Source of the DNA: a bacterium
Lineage (GTDB): Archaea > Thermoplasmatota > E2 > JACPAO01 > JAHFTW01
Reading direction: 5' to 3'
DNA: 64,000 nucleotides
Assembly (NCBI GenBank): GCA_040390065.1
Contig: JAZJZE010000005.1
Coordinates: 96,001-160,000, forward strand
Shown here: in pieces, positions 38,119-47,125 of the stretch
Layout: every line of letters begins with the position of its first letter
How positions within the stretch are numbered: position 1 is the first letter of the stretch
The notes under the pieces: model-generated
What the model was told of the DNA's origin: nothing
What the model saw: the letters and a program-made list of their open reading frames with translations, nothing else
Databases searched by the model: none
Program-made: the position numbers and the translations under genes

Positions 38119-40755
38119 CTACTCGGGGCGGTGGCGCAAGGCCCAGACGAGGATGCCCCCCGCCACGAGGGCCGCCGCGACGGCCGCGATGCCGGCGCCG
38201 AGCATCCAGTCCAGTCCACCCGTGGGCTTGGCCGCGTTGCCGCCGCCGGTGTGCGGCACGACGGGCGTCACGGACTGCTGGTAGGGCTCGCCCGCATCGC
38301 CGAGGCGCAGGGTGACCGTGTACGTTCCCGCCGCGGCATACGTGTGGCTGACGACCGGTTGGTCGCTTACCTTGGTCTGGTTGTCACCGAAATCCCAGCG
38401 GTACTCGGCCGAGACGCCGCTCGCCGCAAACGTGACGGTGCCGTCCTTCTGCGGGGTGGCCTTGAAAGCGATGATGGGCGCGGGCGGTGCCTTGAGCCAG
38501 ATGCGCACGGTATCGGCCGACACGTAGCCGCCGTCGGACACGGTGAGCTGCACGTCGATGAACGTCTCCGTCGTGGACACAGGGGTCGTGAGCGTGATGG
38601 TGCGGCCATTGCCGGGAAGTTCCGGCACCTGTGCGCCGCCAACGTGGGTCCAGGCGAAACTCAGCGAGTCGCCATCCGGGTCGCTGGACAGCACCGCGTC
38701 GAGGGTGACGCGGTCCCCGCGCTGCACGGTCGGGTCGCGCCCCGCATTTGCGACCGGCGGCCGCTGGTTCTTCGACACCACGGTGACGAGCACGAAGTCG
38801 TCCTCGGAGTTGCTGGTGCCGTCCGAGACGTGCACCGCGAAGATGAGTCGCGTCGCCTCGCCGGGCTTCGTCACGGCCGGCGCCGTGAACTCGGGCTCCG
38901 CGCCGTCGACCTTCTGCAGGTTGACGGACGGCCCCGACACCTGACGCCACGACCAGAGGAAGCCGCTGGAGGATCCGCTGGCGGTGGCTCCAAGCTTGAC
39001 CGGGGAACCTTCCCTCGTCGTCTGGTCCTCGCCGGCGTTGACGACGGGCGGGATGTAGCCGCTCGGGTCCCCGCCTTCCGACGTATTGGGCGGCGTCGTG
39101 CTGCCGGGGGCGGAGACGCTGACGGTCTGCTCGAAGACATCGACGCAGCCGCCGGAATCCGTGACCGTGAGGCGCACGACGTAGTTGCCCGACGAGTAGT
39201 ACGTGTGGGTCAGGCTCTCGAAGTTGGAGGTGAATCCGTCGCCCAAGTCCCACGTCCAGCCGTTCTTGGTGGCCATCGTGTCGGTGCTGAGATCGGAGAA
39301 GGTGACCGGGTCGCCCTTCTCGGTGGCGCCGCTGGGGACCTGGAAGAACGCTTGCAAGGTGCAGGCCGAGGGCTCGACCTCGCCGGGCTTCAGCGTCTTG
39401 CGACAGCTCTCGCCCGTTGCCGGGCTGAGGTTGGGCAGTGGCGGGCCCGGCGGGACGGCGCCGAGGTATCCGTCGTACGCCACGATGTAGTAGCAGTATT
39501 GCGTGTCCGACGCCAATGCCGGCGTGTCGTCGACGAAGGCGCACGCGAGCATGCTGCAGCCCGTCAAGTCGACCGTCTGCAGGAAGGTTTCGGCGCCGCT
39601 CGGGCCACGGTAGATTGCAAAGCCCTGCACGCCGCTCGCACCAGAGCCGACGGGTGTGCAGCCCGAAGCGGCCGGGCAGTCATCCGGCTGCGTCCACGTC
39701 AGGGTGAGCGACGTCGTGGTCGCCGAGCCGACGCTGAAGCCGGTCGGTGTTCCGGGGCGGAAGTCCGGCGTGATGTCGACCGCCGTGCCTTGCAGGCTCT
39801 CGCCGCCACCGACGGCGCCCGGTTGGATGTCGAGTTGCGGGCAGTTGACGGACGTGACCGCGTAGGTGTACGTCGTGCCGGTGACCAGGCCGGTGCCTGC
39901 GTCGTCGTCGTCGTAGAACACTTCGGTCGCATCCGCCGTCGTGTGGATGGCCGTGTACGTGGCGCCGCCGTCCGTGCTGCGGTAGACGATGAACTTGGTA
40001 ACGGGTTGAGCGTTGTTCGCGGGCGCCGGCGTCCAGGCGATGCGCACGGTGTTGTCGCCATTGGCGGTCACGGAATCGATGGTCGGGGGGTCCGGCCACA
40101 TGGGCCCGTTGACGCCGACCGTCCACGTGCCGATTCCAGGGGGTGTTCCGGATGCGCCTGCATCGGCGGTGTCCCAGGTCGTGCCGCCGACACCGTTGTA
40201 CGCCGTGCCCATGATGTTGGTCCACGGGTCGCCGTTGAGGGGCGGTACGTCGAAGGCGCCGCGCGGGATCGTGTACTTCAGTTCGTTGCAGACCCACGTC
40301 GAGGTGATTGCCGTGCCGAGGGTGCCGCCGGCCTCGGAGGTGCCGTGCCACATGAGGTTGTTCGACCAGCCGCCGGCCACCGTGTAGTACGTCATCGCGT
40401 ACATCTGCACGTTATGCGCCTCGACGAAGTCGATCGGGTAGCGGATGATGACTGGGTGGCATCCGGCGACCGTCGGGTCATACATCATCGTGCTCGCGCT
40501 GTAGCATGTGCCGCCGTCGCCCACCTGGAGCCAGAAGTAGATGTTGTTGGAGTCGGACGATGCCGCAAGGCGCAGGATCTCGGTGTCGAGTCCGCCGTTG
40601 GGCGCCAAGATGCGGTCGGTTGGGGGATCGGCGGCGATGAGGAAGCCCGTTCCCACCGCGTCGGCGTGGTGGGGCAGGAGCACGACGACTGCGGCGGCCA
40701 TGGCTAGGACGGCCAGTGCGGCGACGCGGGGCCAGGCAGGAGAGTCGCGATGCAT
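38119..40755 (-). CDS. Surface array protein 9: FN3-domain head, PKD cassette, TM anchor
   Basis: Signal ending LLPHHADA; VRIAWTP...FIVYRS...GLVTGTTYTYAVTSVN; head homologous to gene 6, cassette homologous to genes 7, 8 and 10. Confidence 0.85.
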   Translation of the reverse strand: MHRDSPAWPRVAALAVLAMAAAVVVLLPHHADAVGTGFLIAADPPTDRILAPNGGLDTEILRLAASSDSNNIYFWLQVGDGGTCYSASTMMYDPTVAGCHPVIIRYPIDFVEAHNVQMYAMTYYTVAGGWSNNLMWHGTSEAGGTLGTAITSTWVCNELKYTIPRGAFDVPPLNGDPWTNIMGTAYNGVGGTTWDTADAGASGTPPGIGTWTVGVNGPMWPDPPTIDSVTANGDNTVRIAWTPAPANNAQPVTKFIVYRSTDGGATYTAIHTTADATEVFYDDDDAGTGLVTGTTYTYAVTSVNCPQLDIQPGAVGGGESLQGTAVDITPDFRPGTPTGFSVGSATTTSLTLTWTQPDDCPAASGCTPVGSGASGVQGFAIYRGPSGAETFLQTVDLTGCSMLACAFVDDTPALASDTQYCYYIVAYDGYLGAVPPGPPLPNLSPATGESCRKTLKPGEVEPSACTLQAFFQVPSGATEKGDPVTFSDLSTDTMATKNGWTWDLGDGFTSNFESLTHTYYSSGNYVVRLTVTDSGGCVDVFEQTVSVSAPGSTTPPNTSEGGDPSGYIPPVVNAGEDQTTREGSPVKLGATASGSSSGFLWSWRQVSGPSVNLQKVDGAEPEFTAPAVTKPGEATRLIFAVHVSDGTSNSEDDFVLVTVVSKNQRPPVANAGRDPTVQRGDRVTLDAVLSSDPDGDSLSFAWTHVGGAQVPELPGNGRTITLTTPVSTTETFIDVQLTVSDGGYVSADTVRIWLKAPPAPIIAFKATPQKDGTVTFAASGVSAEYRWDFGDNQTKVSDQPVVSHTYAAAGTYTVTLRLGDAGEPYQQSVTPVVPHTGGGNAAKPTGGLDWMLGAGIAAVAAALVAGGILVWALRHRPE

Positions 40756-40815
40756 GGTGGACGGTTCCTTCGAGGCGCGAGGGCGGTACATAACGGTTCG
40801 TTCCATGGCGAAGTC

Positions 40816-43800
40816 CTAGCGCTTGCGTGGGCGCAGCACGACGAAGAGCAGGCCGGCCACGACGACGGCTCCAATCACCGCTGCGGTCACGCCGAGCATG
40901 AGGGACGAGCCTGATGGGACGTTGTCGCCGCTTGCCGTGGCCTTCGGGGGCTCTGCCGTCGTCACGTCCTGCGTCACCGGGGCGGCGTCGGCGCCGAGGC
41001 GCAGCGACACCTTGTAGGTGCCAGGCGTCGCATACGTGTGCTGGATTGTGGCCTGCAGGCTTTGCTGCTGTTCGCCGTCGCCGAAGTCCCAGAAGTAGGA
41101 GTCGGCCGGCGCGTTGGCGCTGAACAGGACGGAGCCGTCGCGCTGCTGTGCGGCGTGGAAGCCCGGCGGGACGATGGAGGGCGCCTGCAGCCAGATGCGC
41201 ACCGTGTCCGTGGCGCTGGCGGACGCGTCACTCACGGTGAGTTTGACGTCGATGTAAGCCGCGGTGGTGTCCGAGGGCGTCGTGAGGGTGACGGTCTTGC
41301 CGCTTGCCGGCAGGCCTGCGACGGTTGCACCGCCGATGTTGCTCCACGCGAACGTGACTGCGTCGCCGTCCGGATCGAGCGAAGCGGCAGCATCGAGCGT
41401 GACGGTGTCGCCGCGCAGGATGGTCTGGTCCCGGCCGGCGTCGGCGATTGGCGCGTGCTGGTCCTTGCCGATGACCGTGACGCGCACGAAGTCCTCGATG
41501 GAATCGGCCTGACCGTCGAAGCCCTTCACGGCAAACAGCAGTTGCAGCGGCGTGTCGGCCTTCAAGAGGTTGGGCGCAACGAAGTCGGGCGAGGAGGTGC
41601 TTGGATTCTTCAGGTCGATGACCGGACCGGCTGCCTGGCGCCAGGAGTAGACGAGGCCGTCCTGGGCACCGGACCTGGACATGGCCAGAAGCTTGACCTG
41701 TACGCCTTCACGCACGACTTGGTCCTCGCCTGCGTCCACGACCGGCCGCGCGAGACCGCCGCCGGGGCCGCTGGTCCCGCCGTTGCCGCCGGTGGGCGGT
41801 GCGTTGGGGTCCTGCGAGTTGCCGGAGAACGTGCCCGGCGGCAGCATGCTCAGCCGGACGTCCTTGAACGCAGCGCAGCCGCCGGTGTCGACGACGACGA
41901 GGCGGACCAGGTAGTCGCCGGGGCTGGCGTAGGTGTGCTGCGTGTTGGTGTCGGTGGAGGTGAACCCGTCGCCGAAGTCCCAGCTCCACGAATGCACGGT
42001 GCCCGCGCCGGCTGGCAGGTACGTGAAGGAGATGGGCTCGCCGGATTCGAGCGGGTTGCCCGTGATGGAGAAGTCGGCGCTGAGGCCGCCGCAGTCGCCG
42101 CCGCAGGTGGGGTCGTCTTGGCAGGCCCCGGGATCCATCACGGTGATGGAGAAGCAGACTTCGTTGACGCTCGTGTCGATGCCGCCTAGGGCGGTGCCGC
42201 CGTTGTCTTTGGCGCGGAAGCAGATGTTGCTGTAGGTCCCGACGATGTTGCCGACGAACGACAGTTTGGCCGTATTTCCGGACGTAAGACCGCCGGAGCG
42301 GGTCAACGTCGGCCCGCTCGAGAACGCGCCCGCTGGTGGCGATGAGACCATGGGGAAGTCGATGGCCTGCGTGACCTCGTCGACGGCTGTTGCCGGCCCG
42401 GCGGCGATGCCCGTCGCGAAGTTGGAGTACGTGACGAGGATGTGCGCCGGCCCGCTTGGCGTCGTGCTCGGCGTCGGGTTCAAGGTCGGTGCATCGTTGA
42501 TGCAGGTGACGTCAACTTGGCCGTTTGCGGCAAATGGTGGCGTCGGCGTGTTGAGCGGCGCGAGGCCGACGTTGTCCGTGATCTTCATCGGAATCTGCAC
42601 AGGGGAGCCGAGCGCGTAGGTCGTGCAGTAGTTCGGCGCAGGCGTGAAGGCCCGTACGCAGGAACCGGGTGCCGTGTTGGGGCCCAGGCCGGGAGTCAGC
42701 GTCCCCACCGTGGCCGCCGGCAACGACTGCACGTTGCAGTACACGACGTCGCCGTCGACGATGGCGGTTGGCGTGGGACAATATGTTGGCGCTGCGCAAT
42801 TCTCGTCGATGGCGAGCATGACGGTCGGCGTGCCGGTCGAGTCTTCGTTGATGAGCTGCACCGGGCCGCCCTTCGGCAGGCGGTTGGGGTAGTAGAGGAC
42901 CGCGCGCTGGTTGAAGCACACGTTCGTGTCGAGGCTGTAGGTGTTGCAGCAGTTGCCCGGCGGGCCGTACTGGCAGTAGGGGCCGAAGCGGTAGTTCAGG
43001 CCGTACACGGAGCCGCCAAGGAAGGGGCTGTTGATGCCGAGCGAGGCGTAGTTCGGGATGGGGGCCGCGTTGTCCGGCTTCTGGTCCGGTGTGCGCACGT
43101 CCTTCAGCATGACCTCGACGAAGTCGTACCGGGGGATGGTCGCCACGGGGTCCGTCGCTTCGACGAGTTCGATCTCGAACGTCGCCCAGTAGCATTGGGC
43201 GTGCGGCGGGTTGGCGCAGGTCGGCGTCCCCGGCGAGGGCGGGTCCTGGCAGGTCGAGGCGGGCGCGTCGCCGGAGTGCACGAGGGCGCCGTTCCATTCG
43301 ACGATCCAGCGGCGGTTGGGCGCAACGCCGATGAGCCGGGTGTAGACGCCCATGTCCGTGAGGGCAGGGGAGACCTTCTGGCATGCGGGGTCCGTCGGGT
43401 TCGCCTCCATGTCCTTGACCCAGTAGCCAGCGATCATGGCGCGCGGGTACTTCGTGCCGTCCGTCTGGGGCAGCCCGCACGCCGTCGGTGTCGCGCACGC
43501 TTCGGGGAAGGGGCATTGCTTGGGCGGGCCCGCGACGCAGGCGACGCCAGGGGCCACGGAACCGACGTTGTCGAGTTGGATGAAGCCGTTCGAGTTCACC
43601 CAGGCGCAGTCGTAGGTGTTGCCGTAGAACTTGAAGGCGAACGAGCCGGCGCCGCCCGTGTCGAATGGGATGCATGTGCCGGAGTTGTACTCCTGCCGGC
43701 CGAGCTTGCCAGCGGTCGTCCCGGGGACCGGTGTGCCTCCGGTGGAAATCTCCGTCCAGCTGTAGGTGGGCTTGACATGGTAGGCGGAGAAGTCGGCGCT

Positions 43801-44028
43801 GTCAATCCAGCGGTACTTGTTCTGGTCATACGTCGTCGGCGCGCCATCGCTGGCCTTGTAGCATACCGGACTGGAGGGCCCGATGGGACCGCACGAGGAA
43901 GCCGTGCCGGCCGAGGCGGCGTGTGGTAGAAGCGCCAGCACCGCGGCGCCGGCGACCAGGAGGAGAGCCACCGTCGTCCAGGAAGGGAGGGAAGGGCTGT
44001 TGCGTTCGACCGTCGCGTTTCCGTACAA
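40816..44028 (-). CDS. Surface array protein 10: Cys-rich nidogen-like head, cadherin-like domains, PKD cassette, TM anchor
   Basis: Signal ending LLPHAASA; FAFKFYGNTYDCAWVNSNGFI; TCINDAP; WDFGDG; TM followed by RPRKR. Confidence 0.85.
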   Translation of the reverse strand: MYGNATVERNSPSLPSWTTVALLLVAGAAVLALLPHAASAGTASSCGPIGPSSPVCYKASDGAPTTYDQNKYRWIDSADFSAYHVKPTYSWTEISTGGTPVPGTTAGKLGRQEYNSGTCIPFDTGGAGSFAFKFYGNTYDCAWVNSNGFIQLDNVGSVAPGVACVAGPPKQCPFPEACATPTACGLPQTDGTKYPRAMIAGYWVKDMEANPTDPACQKVSPALTDMGVYTRLIGVAPNRRWIVEWNGALVHSGDAPASTCQDPPSPGTPTCANPPHAQCYWATFEIELVEATDPVATIPRYDFVEVMLKDVRTPDQKPDNAAPIPNYASLGINSPFLGGSVYGLNYRFGPYCQYGPPGNCCNTYSLDTNVCFNQRAVLYYPNRLPKGGPVQLINEDSTGTPTVMLAIDENCAAPTYCPTPTAIVDGDVVYCNVQSLPAATVGTLTPGLGPNTAPGSCVRAFTPAPNYCTTYALGSPVQIPMKITDNVGLAPLNTPTPPFAANGQVDVTCINDAPTLNPTPSTTPSGPAHILVTYSNFATGIAAGPATAVDEVTQAIDFPMVSSPPAGAFSSGPTLTRSGGLTSGNTAKLSFVGNIVGTYSNICFRAKDNGGTALGGIDTSVNEVCFSITVMDPGACQDDPTCGGDCGGLSADFSITGNPLESGEPISFTYLPAGAGTVHSWSWDFGDGFTSTDTNTQHTYASPGDYLVRLVVVDTGGCAAFKDVRLSMLPPGTFSGNSQDPNAPPTGGNGGTSGPGGGLARPVVDAGEDQVVREGVQVKLLAMSRSGAQDGLVYSWRQAAGPVIDLKNPSTSSPDFVAPNLLKADTPLQLLFAVKGFDGQADSIEDFVRVTVIGKDQHAPIADAGRDQTILRGDTVTLDAAASLDPDGDAVTFAWSNIGGATVAGLPASGKTVTLTTPSDTTAAYIDVKLTVSDASASATDTVRIWLQAPSIVPPGFHAAQQRDGSVLFSANAPADSYFWDFGDGEQQQSLQATIQHTYATPGTYKVSLRLGADAAPVTQDVTTAEPPKATASGDNVPSGSSLMLGVTAAVIGAVVVAGLLFVVLRPRKR

Positions 44029-44124
44029 ACTGAACCACCGGTCCTCAGGAGGACTACGTGTTTCAAGCCACCCGTTTTACTTGAGGTTTCCGGCCAGGTC
44101 CGGTGGAAACCGTCCCGGCCCCGC

Positions 44125-45381
44125 CTAGCGCGGCGCTGCGAGGAAATAGTAGGCCAGGTAGACGCCGGCTCCAGCCATGAGGAGGCCAGCCAACCGCTGA
44201 ATCGCGGGCGTCCATTCCAGCAGACGGCGGGCCTTCGTCATGGCGCCTTCCGCGACGATGGCCGCGATGAGAACGACCACCAGCGCGACGGCGGTGGCGT
44301 ACAGCACAAACAGCAGGATGCCTGTCGCGGTGCTCTCGAAAAAGCCGGCAAGCAGGAGCGGCAGGAACAGCGGGGCCGTGCACCCGAAGCCGGCCAGGGC
44401 GAAGGCGAGGCCAAAGACGAAGAAGCCACGGCGCCCGTCCACGGCGCGACTGGCCCTGCCGAGACCGGGAACACCGCGGCCGAGCATGGCCATGATGCCG
44501 AAGGCGACGAGCGCGATGCCGACGGCCGGTCCGAGATACGGGATGGTAGCCCGCAAGGGAGCGCCGGCCAAGGTGAACAGGATGCCCAGGAGCGCGTAGA
44601 GAATGACGATGCCGGCCGCGGCCGACAGGCCACCCAGCAGGCTGCGCCGGATGCGCACGGCGGGCGGCGCGGCGCGGACCTCCTCGAGGAGCATGCCGAG
44701 GTAGGCGGGAATCATGCCGGCGCTGCATGGCGTCAGGACGGAGGCGGCGCCCGCGACGAAGGCGAGGCCGCCGAGCGACAGACGCAGGAGCGGCACCGGG
44801 ATGGCCGAGCCGACCATGGAGGCACGCACGGCGCCGTCGACGTCCCCGAGGGCGGGCTCGCCCGCGTAGTCGTAGGCAAGCTGGCCGGTAGGGGTCACCA
44901 CGATGACGCGGGGCAGGCCCGTGACGGAGTACTTGCGCCAGACGTGGTCGGTGTCGAGGGCGTGGCGCCACGGGACTCCGGACTCCTTCTGCACGGCGAG
45001 GACGTCCGCCGTCGTCTCGCCCGCGAAGCCTTCCACGGCTGCAGGGTCAGCCCAGGCGTCGATCGAGAGGATGGCGAAGTCCGTGTCGTTGCCGTAGCGC
45101 TGCCACAAGGGCCGCAAGACGTCCGCCGTCACGTAGCGGCAGGACGTGCATGAACGCGCCATGAGGTCGAGCACGACCGTCTTGCCATGGTAGTCGGCAA
45201 GGGTGAAGTTCAGGGGCTGTCCCTGCACGCCGTCCTCGTAGCCGGTGGAACGCAGCGCGAAGCCGGGGGCCGGGGCGTCCACGTGCGCGGCCGACCACAG
45301 GCTTGCCACAAGTGGGGCGCCCACCGCAAGGCCGAGAAGGAGCCACATCCCGAACGTCCCGGGGCGGACCTGGTCAGCCAC
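44125..45381 (-). CDS. ccdA: TlpA/ResA-like thioredoxin domain fused to CcdA/DsbD transmembrane electron-transfer domain
   Basis: FTLADYHGKTVVLDLMARSCTSC...VTGLPRVIVV, then GAASVLTPCSAG...LAGFGCTAP with about six TM helices; GTG at 45381 preceded by GGAGG and overlapping the upstream stop. Confidence 0.85.
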   Translation of the reverse strand: MADQVRPGTFGMWLLLGLAVGAPLVASLWSAAHVDAPAPGFALRSTGYEDGVQGQPLNFTLADYHGKTVVLDLMARSCTSCRYVTADVLRPLWQRYGNDTDFAILSIDAWADPAAVEGFAGETTADVLAVQKESGVPWRHALDTDHVWRKYSVTGLPRVIVVTPTGQLAYDYAGEPALGDVDGAVRASMVGSAIPVPLLRLSLGGLAFVAGAASVLTPCSAGMIPAYLGMLLEEVRAAPPAVRIRRSLLGGLSAAAGIVILYALLGILFTLAGAPLRATIPYLGPAVGIALVAFGIMAMLGRGVPGLGRASRAVDGRRGFFVFGLAFALAGFGCTAPLFLPLLLAGFFESTATGILLFVLYATAVALVVVLIAAIVAEGAMTKARRLLEWTPAIQRLAGLLMAGAGVYLAYYFLAAPR

Positions 45382-45940
45382 GACGCCTCCAGGACAGAAG
45401 GGAGAGGGCGACAATCAGCACGGCAAGCGGCGCGGCTGGGGTGCCGTGCGATTCGTCCACGACGCGGAAAGCGAGGTAGTGCTGCTCTTGGCAGGCGAAT
45501 GCTGCGGAACCCGCGCACGCCGGGTCGTCCGCGGCCGGCCCATCGGGGAAGAGGGCGGTGCGAGCCGATGCGCCGGCACCCTCCGTGAGGACCCATTCGA
45601 CGCCGAGGTGCCAACCGGGCTGGAAGTCGACCGGGTGGCCGCCGGCAAGGTACGATGACGTGTTGAAGCGGAACGTGTCGCCGTCGCGGACGGCGGGCAT
45701 GGGCGGTGCGAAGCACGAGGCGCCGACGCGGCAGATTTGGAACGCGGCTGCGGTCACGTTGCTGCCGGGGCGCATGGTCAGCCAGCCGGACCAATGCGTG
45801 TGGGGCGCGACCAGGGCGGGCTCGTGCCCGGCGGAAAGGACGTCAGGCCGCAAGGTCGGGGCCTCGGCCTCGTCGTGGGCAGCCGCGGGGGCCCAGACAA
45901 CCAACATCACCACGGCGGCGATGAGGACGAGCCGGGCCAT
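45374..45940 (-). CDS. Small secreted Cys-containing protein with PGF-CTERM-like sorting tail
   Basis: Signal MARLVLIAAVVMLVVWAPAAA; CRVGASC and CAGSAAFAC pairs; tail TPAAPLAVLIVALSLLSWRRRG. Confidence 0.75.
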   Translation of the reverse strand: MARLVLIAAVVMLVVWAPAAAHDEAEAPTLRPDVLSAGHEPALVAPHTHWSGWLTMRPGSNVTAAAFQICRVGASCFAPPMPAVRDGDTFRFNTSSYLAGGHPVDFQPGWHLGVEWVLTEGAGASARTALFPDGPAADDPACAGSAAFACQEQHYLAFRVVDESHGTPAAPLAVLIVALSLLSWRRRG

Positions 45941-46063
45941 GTTGGTCCCCGCAGGCTGGAACGGCAAAAGCGTTGTTGTGCGTGGGCCGAAGGATTGCGC
46001 GCCATGGGCGTCTTTCATCGGTGCTCCAATCTCCTCATACACCCCCGCCGCCTCGCCGCCCCC

Positions 46064-47125
46064 ATGCGCTTCGGCGTCGCCCTCCTTGCCCTGCCCATGA
46101 TTGCCTTGGCCTTCTCCGGCTGCGTCGGCGGCGGCGAGATGGCGGCCCGCGGCGGCTACTCCATCGCCCTCGACCGCGCGCACGAACGCGACGCAAACGC
46201 AGTGCTCGTCGACGTGTCCGGCCTCGAATTGTCCGACACGAAGCCGTTCGAGGACGCAATCGCGCAGGCCGGAGGTGCCGACGAGGAGGGCATGGCCGCA
46301 ATCAAGGCCCTCGTGCCCCGCTCGGACGGCGCCGTCGGCGATGGCCAGGCGCCGGCGTGGGGCTACGTCTTTGCGGGCCCCCAGGGCGTGACGGCGGTCG
46401 TCGTGGACGCAAGCGGGTCCATCACGTACGCGCGAGAGGCACCGACGTCGAAGTCGATGGAGTCCAGCCTGGATGGTGCCAGCTTCTCGGAGTGGACCAT
46501 CGATTCGGACCGCGCCGCTCAGGTCGTGGCTGACCACGACGCCGGCTTCCGCGCCCTCAGTGCGTCGGCCAACGGCGCCGTCAGCTACGAGTTGTCGCGC
46601 AACACCGGACGCCTGGTGTGGGACGTGCGAGGTGGCGACGCCGATTTCACCGGCTCCGCAGGCCCTTCGAACTCCTTCAGCTATCAGGTCGACGCGATGA
46701 CGGGCGAACTCGTCAACCGCACCATCACCAAACCGCCGGTGCCCACCATCCTGCCCCGTGAGGCCGGTGCCGAACAGGGGAGCCTCTCGGTCATCGACTC
46801 GACCCGGCACTCGACCTTCTCGGTGAAGGACGGCCACGACACGCTCGAACTGGTGCTGAGCCGCAACGATGTCGTGGGCGCGGCGAACGACCTCCAAGCC
46901 AAGGTGACCTCGCCCGACGGCACGGCCTACGACCTCGAAGTGAACACGATCCTCAGCGTCGTCAGCCACCTCAGCGACTCCACCTCGGCGCCCATGCCGA
47001 CGGGTGGCAAATGGACCGTGGACGTGACCCTCGCGCAGGGCGCGACGTCGGACTACGCGTTCTCGTGGTGCACGGACGGCATCGGCAACGCCGGCGGCGA
47101 CAACGAAGCCTGCCAGCAGATCTAG
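46064..47125 (+). CDS. Lipoprotein with PepSY-like and PPC-like domains
   Basis: Lipobox LAFSGC; IDSDRAAQV...VWDV...YQVDAMTGEL; DLQAKVTSPDG...GKWTVDV. Confidence 0.7.
   Translation: MRFGVALLALPMIALAFSGCVGGGEMAARGGYSIALDRAHERDANAVLVDVSGLELSDTKPFEDAIAQAGGADEEGMAAIKALVPRSDGAVGDGQAPAWGYVFAGPQGVTAVVVDASGSITYAREAPTSKSMESSLDGASFSEWTIDSDRAAQVVADHDAGFRALSASANGAVSYELSRNTGRLVWDVRGGDADFTGSAGPSNSFSYQVDAMTGELVNRTITKPPVPTILPREAGAEQGSLSVIDSTRHSTFSVKDGHDTLELVLSRNDVVGAANDLQAKVTSPDGTAYDLEVNTILSVVSHLSDSTSAPMPTGGKWTVDVTLAQGATSDYAFSWCTDGIGNAGGDNEACQQI

Noticed and set aside
6602-40707. Very long plus-strand ORFs (6602-8740, 9578-12010, 25430-28267, 28524-31658, 32319-34985, 37924-40707)
   Set aside because: Arg/Gly/Val-rich, motif-free shadows expected opposite high-GC genes with strong third-position bias.
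5142-44028. Array as a tRNA-integrated genomic island or provirus
   Set aside because: No integrase, no second tRNA fragment found at the far end, no viral genes, and composition looks like the flanks by eye.
5507-44028. Diversity-generating retroelement or invertase shufflon driving the variation
   Set aside because: No reverse transcriptase or recombinase, no adenine-specific template/variable repeat pair noticed, and all genes have the same orientation.
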